The notes: a model not told the origin generated them from the sequence alone. DNA of 64,000 nt from Patescibacteria group bacterium (GCA_035946335.1 DASYZL010000006.1:175664-239663); one strand, 5' to 3'; positions 1 to 11,054 are shown, numbered from the stretch's first letter. Translations and numbers: made by a program.

Positions 1-495
1 GACACAAGCGTTGACAATGTCATTAGTATGATGACAAAAAATTTTGACGAGAAATACGCTACTGCAAAACAACAGCAAACAGTAAATATTTCGGAAAATA
101 ATGCAGTTATTCTAGCGTCAATCGTGCAACGAGAAGCTATTTCTCAACACGATATGCAGTATGTTGCATCAGCTTTGGAAAATAGGCTTGCGCTGAATAT
201 GGCACTTGCATCTGATGTTACCCTTGAATATGCGCTTGGTTATCAAACAGACGAAAAAACATGGTGGAAAAAAGAGTTAACTGTGAATGATCTACAACTC
301 AATACACCATACAATACACGGCTTAACGCAGGTCTCCCGCCAACTCCAATTAGCAACCCCGGACTTGTCGCGTTAGAGGCTGTTCTGAATCCGCCAAAAA
401 GTGACTATTTATACTATGTATCAGACAAACAAGGCATACTCCATTTTGCAAAAACGCTTAATCAGCATAATGCAAATGTAGCAAGGTATGAGTAG
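1..495 (+). CDS. mltG: Endolytic murein transglycosylase MltG/YceG, C-terminal part (5' end lies outside the window)
   Basis: Frame 1 is open from nt 1. The YceG signature LPPTPISNPG is present, with the YceG-like C-terminal region. Confidence 0.75.
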   Translation, partial: DTSVDNVISMMTKNFDEKYATAKQQQTVNISENNAVILASIVQREAISQHDMQYVASALENRLALNMALASDVTLEYALGYQTDEKTWWKKELTVNDLQLNTPYNTRLNAGLPPTPISNPGLVALEAVLNPPKSDYLYYVSDKQGILHFAKTLNQHNANVARYE

Positions 496-877
496 TTTTT
501 GACAATATTCTGTTTTCTTCTTACAATGCATTTACCCGTATGCCTACCAGAAAAACTTGTTTCTGGAGAGGAAGTTATCGAAACACAACAACAATTATGG
601 CAAATGCTTCGATCTCTTGGGGTCAGAGAAGAACAAAAACCCAAAACGAGCATTACCAATCTCTATCTCAGAAACCATTTTTTACCATAAATGTTTTTAT
701 TAGACAAAGGTATATACTCATCAATAAAAACGTATTCTTCCAGCCTGAATAGCCCAACTGTACAAATAGAAAATATCTTTGTCTAAGAATATTATGGAAA
801 TACTAGAGTTGACACAAAATTAACGCACTAGGTAAAAAATATGCAAATAGAAAAGGCGCGAAGCGAATGAAACTTGA

Positions 878-1153
878 CTAGGATGTTTTTTTTATTCTCC
901 TGAAGAATCGTTTTATTTTATGCGGCTGCTCTTCTTTTGCTGTTTCCATTGCCTCTTCCTCCTCTGCTTCTTCTACTTCATCATTGAATAGTTCCTTGAG
1001 ACTACCAAATTCCTCAAATCCTTCCTCTTTAAGTGTTTGGAAAAGCTCACGTCCCTTTTTTGTCCCAAGGAAAAATACCAAAGCAGCACCAATAATCATT
1101 CCTATGACAAGGCCATTAAAAAAACCTGAATGATGCGTATGTCTATTCTCCAT
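878..1153 (-). CDS. YtxH-like small membrane protein with an acidic C-terminus
   Basis: 91 aa with a Gly-rich N-terminal TM helix and an E-rich tail. It pairs with a DUF948-like gene, as in the Firmicutes ytxG/ytxH pair. Confidence 0.5.
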   Translation of the reverse strand: MENRHTHHSGFFNGLVIGMIIGAALVFFLGTKKGRELFQTLKEEGFEEFGSLKELFNDEVEEAEEEEAMETAKEEQPHKIKRFFRRIKKTS

Positions 1154-1418
1154 GATGTTTTTTCTTTGTTAGAATTTTTGCAATGATACTTCCTATTTTC
1201 AATCCTGTTGTCAGGGAAGATAGCTGGGAAATTGGCTTACTGACACTTTCTGTAATACTTTCGGTATAATCTAGCACCTTGTTTGTTTTTGTCAGTGCCT
1301 TGCGGATTTCGCGCAGAATAAAGAAAACCTGAATGCCTAGAATGATAAGCAAAATACTTAATGCGCCGATGATAACACTGAGTAATATTTGGGCAGGATC
1401 CATAAAATTATCGTACAA
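1143..1418 (-). CDS. DUF948-like membrane protein
   Basis: 91 aa with an N-terminal TM helix followed by a coiled helical region. It overlaps the downstream gene by 11 nt. Confidence 0.5.
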   Translation of the reverse strand: MYDNFMDPAQILLSVIIGALSILLIILGIQVFFILREIRKALTKTNKVLDYTESITESVSKPISQLSSLTTGLKIGSIIAKILTKKKHHGE

Positions 1419-1441
1419 GAGAAGTGAAAGGGTGTCAAGAC

Positions 1442-2074
1442 TTATCGTACGGTTATGTGCCGTTGCTGTGTTGTCTTTCTTCCAAAACTATTCACTGCTT
1501 CCACGGTAATCGTTACTGTGCCAGGAAATACCGTAATATCTTTCCTAAACTTACCATTATCGTCAACATATGCTGTCGTACCATTAACAATTACCGCAAC
1601 ATTCGGTTCTGTTGTACCGGTTACAACGATTGTTTGTGATGCAACGGTTGCATTATTTCCCGGTGTAACAATGGAAAGGCTGGGAGAAAAAAAAGCTGCT
1701 TTATATTGGAAGAACGCATAGAGAATACAGACAAGAAAAAGAAATACAACAAGTAATATTGCCTGGCGGACGCGCAGCTTATTTACAGAAATGTGCCGAG
1801 GTCTTGCAAAACTTTCCGGCAAGACTTTTATATATTCTTTCTCGTTAAATTCCCGGCGAAATATTGCAAGAAACTCTTTTGTCGGAAGGCCTAAGAATTC
1901 AATATAGTTTTTAATAAATCCCTGTGCATAGGCACTTGATGGAAGTTTTTTGTACTCACCTTTTTCAATTGCTTCCAAAAAACTGAGTCGAATTTTTGTT
2001 GCCTTTGCAACCTCCTCAAGGGAGTACCGCTGTCTTTCCCGCTCTTCACGAAGGCGTTGTCCAACACGAATCAT
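1442..2074 (-). CDS. rodZ: RodZ-like cytoskeleton protein (XRE-type HTH, TM and C-terminal beta domain)
   Basis: N-terminal HTH (LEEVAKATKIRLSFLEAIE), a central TM segment, and a T/V-rich C-terminal domain. Confidence 0.7.
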   Translation of the reverse strand: MIRVGQRLREERERQRYSLEEVAKATKIRLSFLEAIEKGEYKKLPSSAYAQGFIKNYIEFLGLPTKEFLAIFRREFNEKEYIKVLPESFARPRHISVNKLRVRQAILLVVFLFLVCILYAFFQYKAAFFSPSLSIVTPGNNATVASQTIVVTGTTEPNVAVIVNGTTAYVDDNGKFRKDITVFPGTVTITVEAVNSFGRKTTQQRHITVR

Positions 2075-2105
2075 ATAATAAAGGAAAACCTTTCTGCGTG
2101 AGGTT

Positions 2106-4229
2106 TTAGTTTGGTTGTAATCCAGCTAAGAATTCTTCTGCGTTTTTACTTAAAACATCTCTTGGCTTTGATCCTTCTGCCGGCCCGATAAGTCCTGACT
2201 CTTCCAGTTGATCCAGTATCTTTGCTGCTCGCGAATAACCAATGGAAAGTTTACGCTGTAATAATGATGCTGATGCTTTATCATATTGGCACACAATGCG
2301 TACAGCTTCGTCAAAAAAACTGTCCCGTCCTTCACTGTTTCCTCCGGCAGATAACATCCCCCGTTTTCCTATCACAACTTGCTGCTGCGTAACCTCCTCT
2401 GTATAGTTAACAACCGGACTCTTTTCTTTTAAGAAAATTACCAATTTTTGCACTTCCTTTTCTGAAACAAATGTTCCTTGAACACGGGTAGGCTTTGCTT
2501 GGTCAGGTGGAATATATAACATGTCTCCTCGACCCAATAGTTTTTCTGCCCCAGGTCCATCCAGAATAACGCGCGAGTCAACAACAGATGACACATTGAA
2601 TGCAATACGACAGGGGATATTTGCCTTGATGAGTCCGGTAATAACATCAACGCTAGGCCGTTGCGTTGAAATAACTAAGTGGATCCCTGTTGCCCGTGCC
2701 ATTTGTGCAAGCCGTGCTATCGCGTCTTCAACCTCAACCGGCGCAAACATCATCAAATCCGCCAATTCATCAACCATAATGACAATCGAGGGAAGCGCCT
2801 GAAATCCTGACAGCTCATTATAACTATCAATATTTTTTACTCCGCGTTCTGCAAACAGCTTATACCTTCTGTCCATTTCTCCCATTGCCCATTTTAATGC
2901 TGAGAGGATTTTTTCCGGTTCAACAATTACCGGCGTCAACAAATGAGGGATACCATTGTATCCAGTCATTTCAACGCGTTTCGGGTCAATCATGATAAAT
3001 TTCACTTCCTGTGGGGAAGCATGGAATAAAATGGATGCAATAAATGCATTGATAGCAACAGACTTTCCAGAACCGGTTGTTCCAGCAATCAACACATGCG
3101 GCATTTTGGTAATGTCAGCAGTAACGGGATTGCCTGATACATCAAGTCCAAGCGCAACAGTAAGTTTTGATTTTGCTTTCTGCATAAGATTTGATGAAAG
3201 CATGGCACGAAGATTGACAACTTCCAGTGACCTGTTCGGAATTTCAATGCCGACTAAACTTCGTCCTGGAATCGGCGCTTCGATACGTATTTGTCCGGTT
3301 GGCGCTTCTGTTGCTAAAGCTAAATCATTCGCTAATGACGTAATTTTTGACACTTTTGTTCCCAAAGCAATTTCTAGAGCGTACTGGGTAACAGCAGGAC
3401 CTAGGTTAACTTCTGCAACGCGTGCTGCGATACCAAAACTTTGCAATGTCTTTTCTATAACTGATGCAATTTTCTTGATGTCACCACGCTCTGCTTTTTG
3501 TCCGGGACTATCAGAAAGCAAATTGAGCTGCGGATACTCCCAGATACCACCATTAGTAAGCATATTTGTTACCAGTTTATCTGATATGAGATGTTGTTGC
3601 TCTTTTTTGTTCACTATAACGTCTTTTTTCGGCTTTTCGTCCCGGGCAAAAAGCGGTAATTTTTTCTTTTCTTTCTCAGATAAATCTTTTGTACCTAGCT
3701 GGCGGATAGTCATTTCCTTGTCTTTTGGTCGTCGAGATTTAAAAAGTCCAAAGGGAAGGACTTTCCCCATTGTCTTGAAACTCACCACAAATCCATGCAA
3801 TAGTTCATCAAGGGATGTATCAAAGAAAACAACAACGCCAACGAAACACCCTGCTATATAAACAATTGATGTACCGGCAACTCCTAAAATATCAGAAAGG
3901 ATCTGAAACAACCTGACCCCTATTACTCCCTCCCGCAAGAGTCCTGACAAAGCAACAAACGTAATGAAGTAGCCAATGGCTACGTGCGGACGGGAAAGGA
4001 AGAATTTAAAGCGCAGGAAGAAAAATCCCCAGAATAAAAAGACAAATGGAAACGCATATTCCATTGCGCCAAAATAATGAATAAGTATGGTATTAAGTGT
4101 AATAAATACTTCACCGGAATTGGTAAATGACAGAAAACCTAATAATGCTGCGACAAAAAAAAGAAGTGCGAACAAGGTAAAAACAGTATCATTTTTGAGT
4201 TTTAATTTGAATCTTCTCCTGCGTGCCAT
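2106..4229 (-). CDS. ftsK: DNA translocase FtsK/SpoIIIE
   Basis: N-terminal TM helices, Walker A (GTTGSGKSVAINA), and a C-terminal gamma winged-helix domain (LYDEAV...LQRKLSIGYSRAAKILDQLE). Confidence 0.9.
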   Translation of the reverse strand: MARRRRFKLKLKNDTVFTLFALLFFVAALLGFLSFTNSGEVFITLNTILIHYFGAMEYAFPFVFLFWGFFFLRFKFFLSRPHVAIGYFITFVALSGLLREGVIGVRLFQILSDILGVAGTSIVYIAGCFVGVVVFFDTSLDELLHGFVVSFKTMGKVLPFGLFKSRRPKDKEMTIRQLGTKDLSEKEKKKLPLFARDEKPKKDVIVNKKEQQHLISDKLVTNMLTNGGIWEYPQLNLLSDSPGQKAERGDIKKIASVIEKTLQSFGIAARVAEVNLGPAVTQYALEIALGTKVSKITSLANDLALATEAPTGQIRIEAPIPGRSLVGIEIPNRSLEVVNLRAMLSSNLMQKAKSKLTVALGLDVSGNPVTADITKMPHVLIAGTTGSGKSVAINAFIASILFHASPQEVKFIMIDPKRVEMTGYNGIPHLLTPVIVEPEKILSALKWAMGEMDRRYKLFAERGVKNIDSYNELSGFQALPSIVIMVDELADLMMFAPVEVEDAIARLAQMARATGIHLVISTQRPSVDVITGLIKANIPCRIAFNVSSVVDSRVILDGPGAEKLLGRGDMLYIPPDQAKPTRVQGTFVSEKEVQKLVIFLKEKSPVVNYTEEVTQQQVVIGKRGMLSAGGNSEGRDSFFDEAVRIVCQYDKASASLLQRKLSIGYSRAAKILDQLEESGLIGPAEGSKPRDVLSKNAEEFLAGLQPN

Positions 4230-4246
4230 TGGTATTATTATACACC

Positions 4247-5902
4247 TTACATGTCAATGATGATGGGAAGAATAAGTGGCTTACGTTTGTACTGCTGATG
4301 TAATGTTTTCTCAATGGTTTCGCTGAGAAGCTTGCGCATAACAACGGGTTTTATCTGTGTCGATTGCATGGAGAGTGTTTTACGCAGTGTATTGACAATA
4401 AATCGTTGCATTTCCTGTGTGTCTTCGCTTATGCCCTTGAAAATGACCTCTACTGGTTGCAAAAGTTCTTTTGTATTTCCGTCAATCGTTGCAATAACAA
4501 CTATCATGCCTTCTGATGAAAGTTTTTGTCGGTCAAGCAATACATACTCTTCAACTTTTTCTCCGCTAATCTCATCAAGATATACTGTCCTGATCGGAAT
4601 TTTTTTACCAAACCGGATCATAGAGGACGAAATGGTAATCTCCTGCCCATCTTCTCCTATCATAATGACATTATTCTGATAGCCAAATCGTTTTGCGATT
4701 TGCTGATATGCTCCCATATGCTTCTGAGTACCGCTGGTGGGAATAACGTATCGGGGTTGTACGAGAGAAAGGAGAAGTAACATATCTTGTTCGCTACCAT
4801 GACCGGAAACATGAAAATCAGGCGTGATATCACTATACAATACAGTCGCACCAACTTTAGTAATTGCGTCAATTAAAGCATTAACCAATACTTCGTTTCC
4901 GGGAATGGTGTCTGCTGAAAAAATAACCATATCTTGACTACTGAGTTTTACATCGCGGTGGATTCCTTCTGCAATTCGTGTCATTGAAGAGTTTTCCTGT
5001 CCCTGACTGCCGGCAACAAGTAACAATAAATCCTTATCTCGTACTTGTTTTATTTGATCCAATGATACTTCCATACCTTTTGGTAACTGTATCAATCCTT
5101 TCTGTTTGGCAATTTCCACTGTGTTAATAAGTGACCTCCCAACAAAGCATACCCGCTTTTTAAGCATAGTTGCCGCATCGATTGCCTGCTTAATTCGATT
5201 GATATTTGACGAGTACGTGGTGATAAGGCATTTACCGCTACATTCCCTCATTGCATCGGCAAAATGTTTCTCCAGCCCTGCTTCTGATGGCGTGTATCCT
5301 TTACGCTCGCTCCCTAAACAATCTGTCACTAAGGCCAAAACGCCATCACTACCGATTCGGGCGATCTGGGCGAAATCAGTTCTTTTCCCGTCATATGGAG
5401 TCAGATCAAATTTATAATCGCTGCCGTGATAGATCGTCCCAATTGGGGTTTTTATCACAATATGTGCAGTATCCGGAACAGAATGTGTCACACGGATAAA
5501 GCTTGCTGAAAATACGCCAAGTTTTACTTCTTGTCCCTTTTCGAATGTTACTTCCTGCACCTTTTTATTGACACCAAATTCATTCAGCTTTTCATTAGCC
5601 AGCGCGGCAGTAAAGGAAGTAGCAAAAATGGGAAAATCTGGCAGTTGCGGGAGGAGAAACGGTAGCGCGCCCATATGATCTTCATGCCCATGGGTGATAA
5701 GCATTCCGACGATTTTGCTTTTTGTGTTTTTCAGATAGGTGATGTCCGGAAGCAGAAGCTCAACTCCAAGCATAGTTTCGTCAGCAAAACCAATACCACA
5801 GTCAACAAGTAAAATCTGTCCGTCATACTCGTAAACATACATATTTTTTGTGACATCACCACAGCCGCCGAGAGGTAAAAATGAAAGGTAATTATTGTTC
5901 AT
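4247..5902 (-). CDS. rnj: Ribonuclease J (metallo-beta-lactamase / beta-CASP)
   Basis: N-terminal LGGCGDVTKNMYVYE with the HGHEDHMGALP motif. Length 551 aa. Confidence 0.9.
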   Translation of the reverse strand: MNNNYLSFLPLGGCGDVTKNMYVYEYDGQILLVDCGIGFADETMLGVELLLPDITYLKNTKSKIVGMLITHGHEDHMGALPFLLPQLPDFPIFATSFTAALANEKLNEFGVNKKVQEVTFEKGQEVKLGVFSASFIRVTHSVPDTAHIVIKTPIGTIYHGSDYKFDLTPYDGKRTDFAQIARIGSDGVLALVTDCLGSERKGYTPSEAGLEKHFADAMRECSGKCLITTYSSNINRIKQAIDAATMLKKRVCFVGRSLINTVEIAKQKGLIQLPKGMEVSLDQIKQVRDKDLLLLVAGSQGQENSSMTRIAEGIHRDVKLSSQDMVIFSADTIPGNEVLVNALIDAITKVGATVLYSDITPDFHVSGHGSEQDMLLLLSLVQPRYVIPTSGTQKHMGAYQQIAKRFGYQNNVIMIGEDGQEITISSSMIRFGKKIPIRTVYLDEISGEKVEEYVLLDRQKLSSEGMIVVIATIDGNTKELLQPVEVIFKGISEDTQEMQRFIVNTLRKTLSMQSTQIKPVVMRKLLSETIEKTLHQQYKRKPLILPIIIDM

Positions 5903-6044
5903 GTGTAAGGAAGGATACGTTTATCTTTCGAACGCAACGAGAAGAGTAAATTTAAGAAACATACTGTACTCCTCTGTCATTCGAACAATATCATTGCGTA
6001 TATCTAGTATGGGTGTTTTGCCAAGAGCCGTCAAGAAGAGCGTA

Positions 6045-8303
6045 TTATTTTCGAAAATCCCTTTTATTTCGGGGAGTAAACTGTCTGCCCCCTCGTTGTT
6101 CGCGTTGAAATTGTCTCGTTAACGGATGCGGCTGCGTTCGCCCGTTTGGCTTATGATCCCGGTAACTTGCTTGTTCCCGCATTTGTTCTGGGGACAGCAT
6201 TGACAGATTAATTCTTCCCTGTTCATCGACTTCGATAACGCGAACTTTTACTTTTTGACCGACTGAAACAACATCAGAGGGATTATTTATATAGGCGGTA
6301 GACATTTTTGACACATGCACCATGCCTTCTTTTCCTGGCAAAAACTCAACAAAGGCACCGAATGGCAGGATTCGCTTCACTTCACCTTCAAACTCTTCCC
6401 CTACTGTCACTTCGCGCGTCATACCGGTAATCCACGCAACTGCTTGCTGCACCTCTTCGTCAGTTGGACCAGAGACACTGACTGTACCATCATCTTCAAC
6501 GTCAACCTGTGCACCTGTTGTTGCAATAATATTTTTGATATTACGCCCCCCCGGACCAATAAGCTCACCGATTCTATCAACCGGAATGTTCAGAACAGAA
6601 ATTTTAGGCGCAAGGGACGAAACGGTCTTTCGCGATTGCGGGAGAATTGCAAGCATTTTCTCAAGAATTGCAAGACGCGCTGTTTTTGCCCGCTCAAAAA
6701 TCTCCTCAATCATCTTGATTGTAAGCCCATCATGCTTAACATCTAGTTGAATTGCTGTAATACCGCTATCAGTACCGGCGACTTTGAAATCCATATCTCC
6801 TGAAAAATCTTCTAATCCAATAATGTCAGTTAAGATCACGTATTGTTCATCTTTTTGTCCATAGTTTTTTGACATCATTCCCATTGCTATACCGGCAACC
6901 GGCTTTATTATCGGTACACCCGCATCCATTAATGCGAGAGTTGAACCACACGTTGCTGCCATAGACGTCGATCCGTTCGATGAAAGAATTTCTGAGACGA
7001 GCCGTATGGTATAAGGAAAAACATTCTGTGCGGGAATAACACCAAGCAACGCACGCTCAGCAAGAGCTCCATGCCCAATTTCGCGTGAAGATGGTGTTCC
7101 GATACGTCCTGTTTCGCCAACTGAGTAGGGTGGCATATAATAATGATGGATGTAGCGTTTTTCTTCTTCTCCTTCAGCTGACTCAATCAGTTGTCCCATT
7201 CTTCCTGACCCGAGTGTTGCAATAGTAAGCCCCTGTGTGTCGCCCCGCTGGAAGAGTCCTGAACCATGCACACGTGGTAAAACGCCTACTGCAACACTCA
7301 CCGGGCGTATTTCATCAAGTTTCCGACCATCTGGCCGTTTGCTTTTTTCAAGGATATTACTACGAATAAGCTTAAAAAATACTTTCTCGACAGCTTGAGC
7401 AACGATTTTTTTATCCAGTTTTGTTTCAGGATTTGCAATTTTCGCTTCAGTGATAATTTTCTCAATGATGGCGTCCTGACTACTGCTGCCGCTTTCTTTG
7501 TGTGCGCGTAGAGCAATGAACGCTTCTAATTCGTCTTTATATTTTTCTGCTTTTTTGATTGCATCCAGGAGAAGTTCATCGGAGGAAACAGTAACTTTTT
7601 CTCTTTCACGTGCTTCCTTTGCAAAATCTTCAATAAAGTCCAAAAGCTTTGCGTTGATATCGTGCGCTCGCTTAATTGCTTCAATCATGACATCTTCCGA
7701 GACTTGCAACGCACCTGCTTCAAGCATAAGGGTTTTTTCTTTTGATTGTGACGCAACAACGTCAAGTTCTGATACATCAAGTCCTGCGCCACCTGGATTT
7801 ATCAGAAATTCCCCTTCATGTGTTTCCTTATTGGTAACATATCCCATACGGACAGCGCTAATCGGTCCTTTCCAAGGAATATGAGACATATGCAAAGCTG
7901 CAGAAGTAGCAACAATACCTAAAATATCCGGCTCATTGATTCCGTCCACAGATAAAAGCGTTATCACAATTTGCACTTCGTTTTTGTATTCTTTGGGAAA
8001 TAACGGACGAATAGAACGGTCGATGAGACGCCGTCGCAGAATTGCATCATCGCTCGGTCTGCCCTCCCGTTTTACCCATCGTGAACCCTTAATCCGTCCT
8101 CCTGCATATAATCGCTCTACATATTCAACGGAAAGCGGAAAATAATCAATGTCTGTTCGGATTTTTCCTTCAACAACCGTTACCAATACTACCGTATCAC
8201 CCATGCGAGCTAATACTGCAGCTGTTGCCTGTTGAGCAAGTTTACCGGTTTCAAGAGTCAATGCGATTCCGTTAATATCAAGTGATTTGGAGACAATATT
8301 CAT
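6045..8303 (-). CDS. pnp: Polynucleotide phosphorylase, with an extra basic C-terminal tail
   Basis: Two RNase PH domains plus KH and S1 domains. Conserved pnp-rpsO synteny. Confidence 0.95.
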   Translation of the reverse strand: MNIVSKSLDINGIALTLETGKLAQQATAAVLARMGDTVVLVTVVEGKIRTDIDYFPLSVEYVERLYAGGRIKGSRWVKREGRPSDDAILRRRLIDRSIRPLFPKEYKNEVQIVITLLSVDGINEPDILGIVATSAALHMSHIPWKGPISAVRMGYVTNKETHEGEFLINPGGAGLDVSELDVVASQSKEKTLMLEAGALQVSEDVMIEAIKRAHDINAKLLDFIEDFAKEAREREKVTVSSDELLLDAIKKAEKYKDELEAFIALRAHKESGSSSQDAIIEKIITEAKIANPETKLDKKIVAQAVEKVFFKLIRSNILEKSKRPDGRKLDEIRPVSVAVGVLPRVHGSGLFQRGDTQGLTIATLGSGRMGQLIESAEGEEEKRYIHHYYMPPYSVGETGRIGTPSSREIGHGALAERALLGVIPAQNVFPYTIRLVSEILSSNGSTSMAATCGSTLALMDAGVPIIKPVAGIAMGMMSKNYGQKDEQYVILTDIIGLEDFSGDMDFKVAGTDSGITAIQLDVKHDGLTIKMIEEIFERAKTARLAILEKMLAILPQSRKTVSSLAPKISVLNIPVDRIGELIGPGGRNIKNIIATTGAQVDVEDDGTVSVSGPTDEEVQQAVAWITGMTREVTVGEEFEGEVKRILPFGAFVEFLPGKEGMVHVSKMSTAYINNPSDVVSVGQKVKVRVIEVDEQGRINLSMLSPEQMREQASYRDHKPNGRTQPHPLTRQFQREQRGGRQFTPRNKRDFRK

Positions 8304-8355
8304 GTTTTTTAATATATCGAGTAGTTCTCGTTTCGTTTAAACAATTTGTTTTCTG

Positions 8356-8625
8356 TTAATTTTTTAATCCTACCTTTTTCAAAATAGAAGAAGCACGTAT
8401 TTTATCTATTTTCTCTAAGAAATTAATCAGTCGTCGTCGTTTTGCAATCATTGAAAGAAGTCCTCGTCTGCTGTGCACATCGTGTGCATGCTTTTTTAAG
8501 TGGTCTGTTAACGCGGTAATACGATAAGTAAGAAGTGCGATCTGTACCTCGGGACTTCCTGTATCACCTTTTACCGTTTGAAAATCTTTAATAATATCCT
8601 GCTTCTGTATTACTGACAGTGGCAT
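8356..8625 (-). CDS. rpsO: 30S ribosomal protein S15
   Basis: 89 aa with the typical S15 sequence (TGSPEVQIALLTYRI...HLKKHAHDVHSRRGLL). Confidence 0.9.
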   Translation of the reverse strand: MPLSVIQKQDIIKDFQTVKGDTGSPEVQIALLTYRITALTDHLKKHAHDVHSRRGLLSMIAKRRRLINFLEKIDKIRASSILKKVGLKN

Positions 8626-8679
8626 ATAACTAATTCATTATAGCAGTTTTCTTTTTGTGACGCAATCGGATATTAATCG

Positions 8680-9630
8680 CTATAGAATAGTTGATCCTTT
8701 ATATACCTTTGGCGTTAACCAATCTGCGGGTGTTTGCGCTTGTTGTGTTTGTTGCGCTGGTTGTACTGACTGCTGCACAGGGGCAGGTTGCGTTACCGGC
8801 TGCACAGGTTGTTGTTGCAATGGAGAGTTAGGAATTGGCGGAAAGAACTGACTTACCGGCTGTCCAGCAGGAACTGTTACTACCGGGGATGTCTGTCTTT
8901 TTGCGCCCTTTTTCATCAAGATTCCTGCCATTTCAAATGCAAGGTAGCTTGTTTTTTGACTAGTGAAATCTGAAGTGGCATATGAAATACCGGTGAACAA
9001 ATTTTGTGATGCATCAACAGTCAACTCTATTTGTGGTTCAAGAAGCGTAACAAAATCAGCAATTTGCTCACTGACTGAAGAGAATTTTGGTGACACAACG
9101 ACAACATCGCCATAATTTTTGTTTTCCGGTTTATTGTCAACATTCACAATAGTAACCCCTTGCGTTGAAGGAAGAATATTGCTAATCAACATAAGATCAG
9201 CAATACCAATCGTGAAGAGCAGGGTTGGTATTGCTCCTCCTCCTGCTACCCGGTTAAACTGTACCTGTGAGTTATCAAACGATAAACCGCTCTGCCCTGC
9301 TTTGACAACGATGTTTAGCAAGTTATTTTCAAGCGTATAAGAAACTTTTTCAATCTCTCCTTCTCTATAGGGAAAAGAAACGGTAAGGTCGCCTCCTGCT
9401 GCAGAACCGAATGTTTTTTGCACCTTATCAATACCAACCAGGTTAGATAGACCAACTATTACGTCTGTTGAACAGACAACGGTTGCCTGCTTATTCATTT
9501 GTTTCAGAACAAGGTACATACCAAGTCCTGCTGCCATTTCATCAAGGGATGGGTTTGGTTTTACCACAATACCAATTACCTGGTGCTGTAGAATGAGGTC
9601 TTTAATTCGCTGGAACGTTGCATTATCCAT
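8680..9630 (-). CDS. Hypothetical protein with a loosely DHH/NrnA-like N-terminal region (catalytic motifs not conserved) and a Gln/Pro-rich C-terminal low-complexity tail
   Basis: KPNPSLDEMAAGLG resembles DHH motif I (RPDPDAYGS), but the Asp and His residues are replaced. It sits where rbfA/truB normally lie between infB and rpsO. Confidence 0.3.
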   Translation of the reverse strand: MDNATFQRIKDLILQHQVIGIVVKPNPSLDEMAAGLGMYLVLKQMNKQATVVCSTDVIVGLSNLVGIDKVQKTFGSAAGGDLTVSFPYREGEIEKVSYTLENNLLNIVVKAGQSGLSFDNSQVQFNRVAGGGAIPTLLFTIGIADLMLISNILPSTQGVTIVNVDNKPENKNYGDVVVVSPKFSSVSEQIADFVTLLEPQIELTVDASQNLFTGISYATSDFTSQKTSYLAFEMAGILMKKGAKRQTSPVVTVPAGQPVSQFFPPIPNSPLQQQPVQPVTQPAPVQQSVQPAQQTQQAQTPADWLTPKVYKGSTIL

Positions 9631-9638
9631 AAATTAAA

Positions 9639-11054
9639 TTAACTATGGGATAGTATCATATCTCCCGTCTGAAAGTCAAGTAATGGGGAGATGAGCACGC
9701 CGCATTCATTCGGTGCTTCTACCTTCGAGGCTGTTTCTTTACCCTGCCTGACTGAAATAATGGAACTTTCTCCTACCTGTTCGTCATTTCGCATGATACG
9801 AATTTTATCCCCTTTTGCGATCCTGCCGTCAGTTACTTTTAATCCTAATACGATTGTCTTTTCAAAAGGAAACTTTGCTTGAATTTGAGCAACGCCGTAA
9901 ATCTGCTCCATCTCTGCCAAACGCTTACCTTCTATAACTTCACGCAATTCATCGAGAAGTTCATATATAATGGTATAATTTTTAATGAGTACTTTTTCTG
10001 TGCGAGCAAAATGAATGATATTTGTTTTGAGCTTAATGTTGAACGTTAAGATAAGCGCACCGATTGACTTCGCGTAAAGCACGTCTGCCTCAGAAATTTC
10101 GCCTGTTTTCTGGCGCATCAGGCGAACACCACTGGGAAGTGATGCTACGATCGCTTCGAGACTCCCAAGCGTATCTGCACAGAGGACTAAAGAGAAATTT
10201 CCTTCTTGGGATACAACTGGTTGCGCATATGAAAGAGTAGCCTGTCTGTTATTTCCTCCTCTTTGCACTACACTTCCGACAGCAGGAACATGCTCAAACC
10301 CTAATATTTCCGCACCGTCTCCAACAGTTATTGTTTTTTGCTGTATGCCGTTATCGTCGATAAGCGAGCGTACCCGACCTGTGATACCCTCTGCAATAAT
10401 TTCATCTTTAACCTGAAGCATTCCATTCTTTACAACAACTGTCGCCCGTGGACCGCTTTTCGTATCAAGACGAGACTCAATGACAACAGCAACAAGGGGT
10501 GCATTGGAAGATGGATGCGTACTATCGGCTGTCTGTTTTATGGCAAAAAGAAGAAGAATTAGATCAAGAAGCTCCTGAATATGCTGCCCTGTTTTTGCGG
10601 AAACTTCCAGAGTGGGCACATCGCCGCCGTATCCTTCAACGAGCACGAGCTCCTGAGAAAGCTGACGTTTAACACGTTCAGGATTCTTCTCTGGAAGATC
10701 TGATTTTGTTAAAGCAACAATAAAGGGAATACCGGCATTTTTGATAAGCTGTATTGATTCTTTTGTCTGTGGCATAATACCATCAACAGCCGATATAACA
10801 AGAATGGCAACATCAGCAACTTGCGCACCACGACTTCGCATCGCGGCAAATGTTTCATGGCCTGGAGTATCAATAAAGGTAATTTTCCGTTTTTGCCCAT
10901 CATGTAATGTTTCAATACTGGAGACTCCGATTTTTTGCGTAATGCCACCATGCTCCCGGGAAGCAATATTTGTTTTCCTGACTGCGTCCAACAAGCTTGT
11001 CTTTCCATGATCCACATGGCCTAACACTGATACAACTGGTGCAAAAGTACTCAT
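9639..11054 (-). CDS. infB: Translation initiation factor IF-2, short form that starts at the G domain
   Basis: GHVDHGKTSLLD at residues 12-23, with domain II and C-terminal beta-barrels. Conserved nusA-infB synteny. Confidence 0.9.
   Translation of the reverse strand: MSTFAPVVSVLGHVDHGKTSLLDAVRKTNIASREHGGITQKIGVSSIETLHDGQKRKITFIDTPGHETFAAMRSRGAQVADVAILVISAVDGIMPQTKESIQLIKNAGIPFIVALTKSDLPEKNPERVKRQLSQELVLVEGYGGDVPTLEVSAKTGQHIQELLDLILLLFAIKQTADSTHPSSNAPLVAVVIESRLDTKSGPRATVVVKNGMLQVKDEIIAEGITGRVRSLIDDNGIQQKTITVGDGAEILGFEHVPAVGSVVQRGGNNRQATLSYAQPVVSQEGNFSLVLCADTLGSLEAIVASLPSGVRLMRQKTGEISEADVLYAKSIGALILTFNIKLKTNIIHFARTEKVLIKNYTIIYELLDELREVIEGKRLAEMEQIYGVAQIQAKFPFEKTIVLGLKVTDGRIAKGDKIRIMRNDEQVGESSIISVRQGKETASKVEAPNECGVLISPLLDFQTGDMILSHS

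Noticed and set aside
1455-1721. 88-aa plus-strand ORF
   Set aside because: It is antisense to rodZ and made up of repetitive T/V codons mirroring the rodZ C-terminal domain.
2956-3861. 301-aa plus-strand ORF
   Set aside because: It lies entirely antisense within ftsK and is low-complexity and Ser-rich, so it is a shadow ORF.
6315-6750. Two overlapping plus-strand ORFs of about 143 aa
   Set aside because: They are antisense to pnp and have no motifs.
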